Below are positions 59,387-64,000 of a DNA stretch of 64,000 nucleotides, piece after piece. Each line of letters starts with the position of its first letter. Positions within the stretch are counted from its first letter, which is position 1. Below the pieces are notes generated by a model that worked only from the letters and a program-made list of their open reading frames with translations, made no database searches and had not been told where the DNA came from. This stretch comes from Calditerrivibrio sp. (GTDB lineage: Bacteria > Chrysiogenota > Deferribacteres > Deferribacterales > Calditerrivibrionaceae), in NCBI GenBank assembly GCA_026415135.1, contig JAOAHS010000006.1, positions 29,779 through 93,778 on the forward strand, read 5' to 3'. Both the position numbers and the translations under genes were made by a program.

Positions 59387-60259
59387 CTAAACAATATTTT
59401 GAACCTGTTCCCTTAGTTTGTCAACTATATTCTTACCTTCCACTACTGCTTCAATCACCTCAGTATTACCAGTTTTGCTTCCAATTGTATTTAGCTCCCT
59501 GAACAACTCCTGACACATAAAATCCAATTTCTTACCCACAGGAAATTCATGTTCTATTATATTAAGGAAATGTGTAATATGGGATTTCAACCTTGTTACC
59601 TCTTCTTCTATATCCATTTTTTCAGCATTTATTGCAGCCTCCTGATACAACCTTTCATGATCAATAGTATTTGTCATGAGGGATTGAATTTTGGTTTTAA
59701 TTTTTTCATAGTTTTCAATTAATACAGCGTCTTTTTTCAAATCTATCGATTTTACTAATTGCTTCAATTTATCCAGTTTCTCCAACAGATCATTTTTCAA
59801 CATATCTCCCTCGAATATCCGCATTTGGTCCAATTTGGATATTGATAACATAAAAGTTTTAAGAATATAATTAGAAATTGTTTCCTCTAATTCTTCATTC
59901 TCTTCAAAAAATAAAACATCATCAAATTTTAATAAATGCTCTATTTTTATATCATCGTTTATTCCATGCCTATTTTTCAGATCGTTTAGGATGGTCACAA
60001 TCTCATTAACCATTAAATTATTTATTTTTGGTATTTTAGGAGTTTTGTTATATGTGATATCGACATATACATCTACTTTGCCTCTTACAAGCTTCTCCCT
60101 TAACATGGATAAGATTTTTATCTCCAAATGATTAAAAAGTTTTGGTAATTTTATTTTAGCATCTAAAAATTTACTATTCAGTGACTTTATTTCTATCTTT
60201 ATTGAACAGTCTTCATAATTTTCAATTATCTTAGAATAGCCTGTCATGCTTTTGATCAT
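59387..60259 (-). CDS. yicC: YicC-family stress-induced protein
   Basis: MIKSMTGYS N-terminus (YicC_N) and C-terminal DUF1732-like region; 290 aa. Confidence 0.85.
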   Translation of the reverse strand: MIKSMTGYSKIIENYEDCSIKIEIKSLNSKFLDAKIKLPKLFNHLEIKILSMLREKLVRGKVDVYVDITYNKTPKIPKINNLMVNEIVTILNDLKNRHGINDDIKIEHLLKFDDVLFFEENEELEETISNYILKTFMLSISKLDQMRIFEGDMLKNDLLEKLDKLKQLVKSIDLKKDAVLIENYEKIKTKIQSLMTNTIDHERLYQEAAINAEKMDIEEEVTRLKSHITHFLNIIEHEFPVGKKLDFMCQELFRELNTIGSKTGNTEVIEAVVEGKNIVDKLREQVQNIV

Positions 60260-60323
60260 GTTATATTTCCTTTATTGATATTGTTTTTTATAAAACATCT
60301 GTTATAATGTAATATAAATAACT

Positions 60324-61094
60324 ATGGAGGTCAATATGTTTCCATCTTCATTAATATTACTTATATTAATAATCATTACATTGGCTAATATTTTCAAAAT
60401 ACTCCGGGAGTATGAAAGGGGTGTAGTTTTTAGGTTAGGTCGTTTTGTGGGAGTAAGAGGTCCAGGGCTTACAATTTTAATACCTTATTTAGAGAAGATG
60501 GTAAAGGTCAATCTAAGAACTGTGGTGATGGATGTACCTCCACAAGATGTTATAACTAAAGATAATATATCTATAAAGGTTAACGCTGTTGTTTACTTTA
60601 GGGTCATAAATCCAGCAAAAGCTGTACTTGAAGTGGAAGACTATTACTATGCCACTAGTCAAATATCCCAGACTACTTTACGAAGCGTTGTTGGACAATT
60701 TGAGCTGGATGAGATATTATCTCATAGGGAAAAGATCAATCAAGAACTTCAAGATGTTATAGATAAACAGACCGATCCATGGGGTGTAAAAGTGAGTGCT
60801 GTTGAGATAAAACATATAGATTTACCAATAGAGATGCAAAGGGCTATGGCAAAACAAGCTGAAGCTGAAAGGGAGAGAAGGGCCAAAATCATACATGCGG
60901 ATGGTGAGCTTCAATCCTCAGAAAAACTATCTCAAGCCAGCAAGATCATGTCTGAAAACCCGCTTACTATACAATTAAGATATCTACAAACATTAACAGA
61001 GATTGCTTCAGAAAAGAACTCCACCATCGTTTTCCCTTTACCCATAGAACTTCTAAAAGTTTTCGGGGTCAAAGTAGAAAAGGAAGAGAAATAG
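60324..61094 (+). CDS. SPFH/band-7 (stomatin/slipin-like) membrane protein
   Basis: N-terminal TM, SPFH core, C-terminal coiled [15 protein letters not shown]; no NfeD partner adjacent. Confidence 0.8.
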   Translation: MEVNMFPSSLILLILIIITLANIFKILREYERGVVFRLGRFVGVRGPGLTILIPYLEKMVKVNLRTVVMDVPPQDVITKDNISIKVNAVVYFRVINPAKAVLEVEDYYYATSQISQTTLRSVVGQFELDEILSHREKINQELQDVIDKQTDPWGVKVSAVEIKHIDLPIEMQRAMAKQAEAERERRAKIIHADGELQSSEKLSQASKIMSENPLTIQLRYLQTLTEIASEKNSTIVFPLPIELLKVFGVKVEKEEK

Positions 61095-61119
61095 AGACAC
61101 ATGGGCTACTTTTGTAGCC

Positions 61120-61542
61120 CTACTCCATTTTTTTAACAATTATATCAAGCTTTTTGTTTTTTAGTATTAATTTAATAACCAAAAAATAGATAGCAATGGT
61201 AAAAAGAGACGTAATTGCAATATAAATATCTTCAAGACCCATTTTTTGCATTATTAAAGAAACAATAACTACTATTAAAATAGGTAGTAGATAAGCAATA
61301 AAAGCAGATTTTTTCAGTTTACTATCATCAATGGTAACATTGATATTATCACCATCTTTTAGTAGCAAATCTGTGTAGATCTCAAATACCCTTTCATTAT
61401 CCTTACCTGCAAAGGCGCATGATTCACTACAGTGGCTACAGGTTTTGGGTTGTTTAACCTGTATTGTTACTTTTCCATCTTCTTCAACCTTGAGAACTTT
61501 CCCAACATTTTCAAAGCGATTTGACATATATCTTTTCTCCAA
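61120..61542 (-). CDS. RseC/MucC-family-like membrane protein with N-terminal Cys cluster
   Basis: G.V..V......V......CSHCSESCAF then two TMs; overlaps feoA 3' end; downstream of feoB-feoA. Confidence 0.5.
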   Translation of the reverse strand: MEKRYMSNRFENVGKVLKVEEDGKVTIQVKQPKTCSHCSESCAFAGKDNERVFEIYTDLLLKDGDNINVTIDDSKLKKSAFIAYLLPILIVVIVSLIMQKMGLEDIYIAITSLFTIAIYFLVIKLILKNKKLDIIVKKME

Positions 61543-61729
61543 GATAATTATCTATGGCAAACCTACTGTTATATACTTTAAATATCAATATAGGTTTTTT
61601 TTGTATCAATATCAATTCTGTACCAGGCAGTAGGCCCATTGAACTTATCTTATTTAATGCTTCCTTATCCTGCTGATCTATAGATTCTACAATATAAATA
61701 TTGTTTATTTTACCATCTGTTAGTTTCAT
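61511..61729 (-). CDS. feoA: Ferrous iron transport protein A (FeoA, SH3-like)
   Basis: 72 aa, L..GE...I....S.D......L..MGL.PG (FeoA motif). Confidence 0.75.
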   Translation of the reverse strand: MKLTDGKINNIYIVESIDQQDKEALNKISSMGLLPGTELILIQKKPILIFKVYNSRFAIDNYLGEKIYVKSL

Positions 61730-63669
61730 TGTAACCCTCCAAAATGAAGTATTAAATTAAGGATGATACCTGTAACAAAGGCAAAAGGTATAACAAAAAT
61801 GAAGATCAATATAGCATCCTTAAAACCTCTCTCCTTTATCATTACTGAAAACTGAGCTACACATGGAACAAATAATGTCAAAATCACTACTGCAACAACT
61901 GTTTGAACAGGTGTTAACATATGTTGGATATCAAAAAGCCCCGCTGCGCCAAAATCCCTTCTAAAAAATCCATAAAGAAATATCTCACCCATTTTTTCAG
62001 GTAAACCAGCCCATTTTGCTGGGAATGAGAGCAGGTATGTTAAAAGATCAAATATTTTTGTAACCTTTCCGACCCAGATTAGAGCGCTAATATAAATAAA
62101 TATAGGTATCACTTCGAATGCATACCATTTAAGCCTACTAAAAGTTTTTAGAAATACGTTGCCGATAATTGGCATCCTTAAAGGGGGGATCTCCATAAAA
62201 AAGGTAGCTGGAGAACCTTTTACTATTTTATTTAATACAAATCCCGAAATCAAAAATATTATCAAAATTGTAACAAACCAGATCAACATGTAATTGAAAT
62301 TTTGCCCCAAAAGACCTAATATGACACCTAATTGAGCAGCACAAGGGATTGTTAAAGCCAAAAGGAACGTTGCAATATATCTTTCCCGCACAGTTTCCAG
62401 TGTTCTTGTAACTACAGTAGCCATAGTACCACAACCTAAGCCTAAAACCAATGGTATCACGGAACGACCAGATAAACCGATCTTTTTTAAAAAGTTATCA
62501 AGTACCATGGATAACCTGACTAAATACCCCGAATCCTCCAACATTGAAAACATTAAGAAAAAAGAGAATACAACTGGAAGAACTATGGCAACAGCATACC
62601 TTATACCAAGCGTAAAAATACCATATTCACCAGCAAAAAGATCAAAAAAAATACTTTCACCCAGGATAGTTTTAAAAAAATTATTGATATGTGGGTTTAA
62701 AATGGCTTCAAAAATATCTCCTTCTATAAAATCAACCAATACACCAGCTCCAAAACCTCCAACAAACTCATAAAAACCTAAATATAGAATCAATAAAACT
62801 CCTATTAAACCACCAATTGGGTGTAAAGTAATCTTATCGATGAGTCTACTAAACTGACCCTCACCGTAGAACTCTTTGTTTGTGATATTTTCATTAACAA
62901 TATTGGTAGCAATATCATAGATAGTTTTTGAATAATCAATTCTAAAATTATTGTGATCGATTGTTTTTAATATTCTTGATATAAGATCATAATTTTTTTC
63001 TTTCTTTATCATATCAACAGAGTCTTCATCACCTTGAAGTAGTAATATGGAAAGCATTTTTTTTGAGATTTTGTAATTATCGGTAAGCAGTTCCTCCAGT
63101 TTAGTTATCTTTTCTAAAATATCCTCTGTATATTCAAGTGTAATTCTTTGAAAATTATACCTCTTCTCACAAACGCTCACAATCCTTGAAACCAGATTTT
63201 CCGTACCTATACCTTTTGTAGCTACTGTGGCAACAACCGGTATACCCAGATCATGTTCCAGATGTGGTACATTTATCTCAATACCCCTTGAACTCAATTC
63301 ATCAAACATATTTAAAACCAGAATTACAGGTAAACCTGCTTCTATCAGCTGAAGAGTAAGTGGCAACATTCTCTGAATATTTTTTGCATCTATAACGTGC
63401 AAAATAACATCAGGAGATTCTTCCAATATAAGCTTTTTGGTTACCTTTTCCTCTTCAGTAATTGTTATTAAATTATAAAATCCTGGGGTATCTATAAACT
63501 CTATTTCGTGGTGTTCTCCAACTTTGCTTTTTCCCCTGATTATATCAACAGTTGTTCCTGGATAGTTAGATACAGAGACATATTTACCAGAAAGTCTATA
63601 AAACAATGCACTTTTACCCACATTTGGATTACCAATTAAAATAACTTTGTAATGTTTTAAACCTGTCAT
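61726..63669 (-). CDS. feoB: Ferrous iron transporter FeoB
   Basis: Start at MTGLKHYKVILIGNPNVGKS (SD AGAGGGA; the track's upstream ATG lacks SD); G1-G5 GTPase motifs then polytopic membrane domain. Confidence 0.9.
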   Translation of the reverse strand: MTGLKHYKVILIGNPNVGKSALFYRLSGKYVSVSNYPGTTVDIIRGKSKVGEHHEIEFIDTPGFYNLITITEEEKVTKKLILEESPDVILHVIDAKNIQRMLPLTLQLIEAGLPVILVLNMFDELSSRGIEINVPHLEHDLGIPVVATVATKGIGTENLVSRIVSVCEKRYNFQRITLEYTEDILEKITKLEELLTDNYKISKKMLSILLLQGDEDSVDMIKKEKNYDLISRILKTIDHNNFRIDYSKTIYDIATNIVNENITNKEFYGEGQFSRLIDKITLHPIGGLIGVLLILYLGFYEFVGGFGAGVLVDFIEGDIFEAILNPHINNFFKTILGESIFFDLFAGEYGIFTLGIRYAVAIVLPVVFSFFLMFSMLEDSGYLVRLSMVLDNFLKKIGLSGRSVIPLVLGLGCGTMATVVTRTLETVRERYIATFLLALTIPCAAQLGVILGLLGQNFNYMLIWFVTILIIFLISGFVLNKIVKGSPATFFMEIPPLRMPIIGNVFLKTFSRLKWYAFEVIPIFIYISALIWVGKVTKIFDLLTYLLSFPAKWAGLPEKMGEIFLYGFFRRDFGAAGLFDIQHMLTPVQTVVAVVILTLFVPCVAQFSVMIKERGFKDAILIFIFVIPFAFVTGIILNLILHFGGLQ

Positions 63670-63688
63670 AGATCCCTCTTTTGTATTT

Positions 63689-63724
63689 TTGAATATCATT
63701 AAACCATAAAGGAGATGTTGTCAA
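63689..63724 (-). promoter_or_regulatory. feoB promoter (TTGACA-17-TAATGA) overlapped by a Fur-box-like TTAATGATATTCA
   Basis: Minus-strand TTGACA (revcomp 63719-63724), 17-nt spacer, TAATGA; GGTTTAATGATATTCA resembles Fur consensus GATAATGATAATCATTATC. Confidence 0.35.
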
Positions 63725-63757
63725 GAAAAAATTAAGCTAATTTAACTTTTTAGGTTT

Positions 63758-63783
63758 AAAAAAAAAGCGGGGGATACCCCGCT
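63758..63783 (-). terminator. Intrinsic terminator after pta
   Basis: Minus-strand GCGGGG-uauc-CCCCGC hairpin followed by U9. Confidence 0.65.
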
Positions 63784-63787
63784 TGTA

Positions 63788-64000
63788 TTATTTTTGTTTT
63801 AATGAGGCATCTACTACTGCGTATGCTGCTAAGTAAACGATTTCATGGACATCGCTACCCCTCTGTAAAACATGTACAGAATCTCTGAAACCTTGAAGGA
63901 TAGGTCCTATTGCTGTACCACCACCTACTCTGTAAAGCAGTTTGTAGGCAATGTTACCGGCTTCAAGATTCGGAAATATCAATACATTCGCATCACCTTT
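63788..64000 (-). CDS. pta: Phosphate acetyl/butyryltransferase C-terminal fragment (gene continues beyond window end)
   Basis: ...IFPNLEAGNIAYKLLYRVGGGTAIGPILQGF...SRGSDVHEIVYLAAYAVVDA matches Pta C-terminus; reading frame open to position 64000. Confidence 0.7.
   Translation of the reverse strand, partial: KGDANVLIFPNLEAGNIAYKLLYRVGGGTAIGPILQGFRDSVHVLQRGSDVHEIVYLAAYAVVDASLKQK

Overview
This is an AT-rich window (roughly one-third GC) that is densely coding and looks chromosomal, from a diderm bacterium. The evidence for a diderm is the OmpA-like, CsgG-like and lipobox genes, secDF-yajC and a flagellar rod gene.

The backbone is housekeeping. On the + strand, a leaderless 72-aa ORF is followed by ftsE-ftsX-envC(M23)-ctpA-yibQ-like, then tsaD-dus and a short flgF/G-like rod gene. 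On the - strand: secF-secD-yajC-tgt, queA-thrC, ndk, a cupin gene and yajQ. Back on the + strand: yebC-ruvC-ruvA, rpsO-pnp, eno, a leader-controlled panB-panC-panD, a DEAD-box helicase, carB-pyrK-pyrD and an SPFH protein. Elsewhere on the - strand: ygiQ, udg4-coaBC-rpoZ-gmk-yicC, feoB-feoA-rseC-like, and a pta 3' end at the window edge.

There are three tRNA genes, all on the - strand: Arg-ACG, Pro-TGG and Pro-GGG. Intrinsic terminators and sigma70-like promoters are marked where I could read them. I found no CRISPR array, no transposase or integrase, and no rRNA.

The accessory-looking content is signalling and envelope genes:
- A tight 8-gene operon at 47.5-54.1 kb: FecR-like, OmpA-like, a transmembrane HPt-type CheA-like kinase, CheX-like, CheY-like, a PAS-histidine kinase and a PAS-GGDEF.
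- Three PAS-like domains that share a K-C-Y...C-x2-C cysteine motif.
- A 939-aa secreted protein whose leader has an anti-SD/SD switch-like layout, flanked by two cysteine-rich small proteins.
- A CsgG-like lipoprotein pore gene with a partner lipoprotein.
- A standalone MnmC2-like methyltransferase coupled to a NadB-like flavoprotein.

Every functional call is by recognisable motifs read from the translations; no database search was run.
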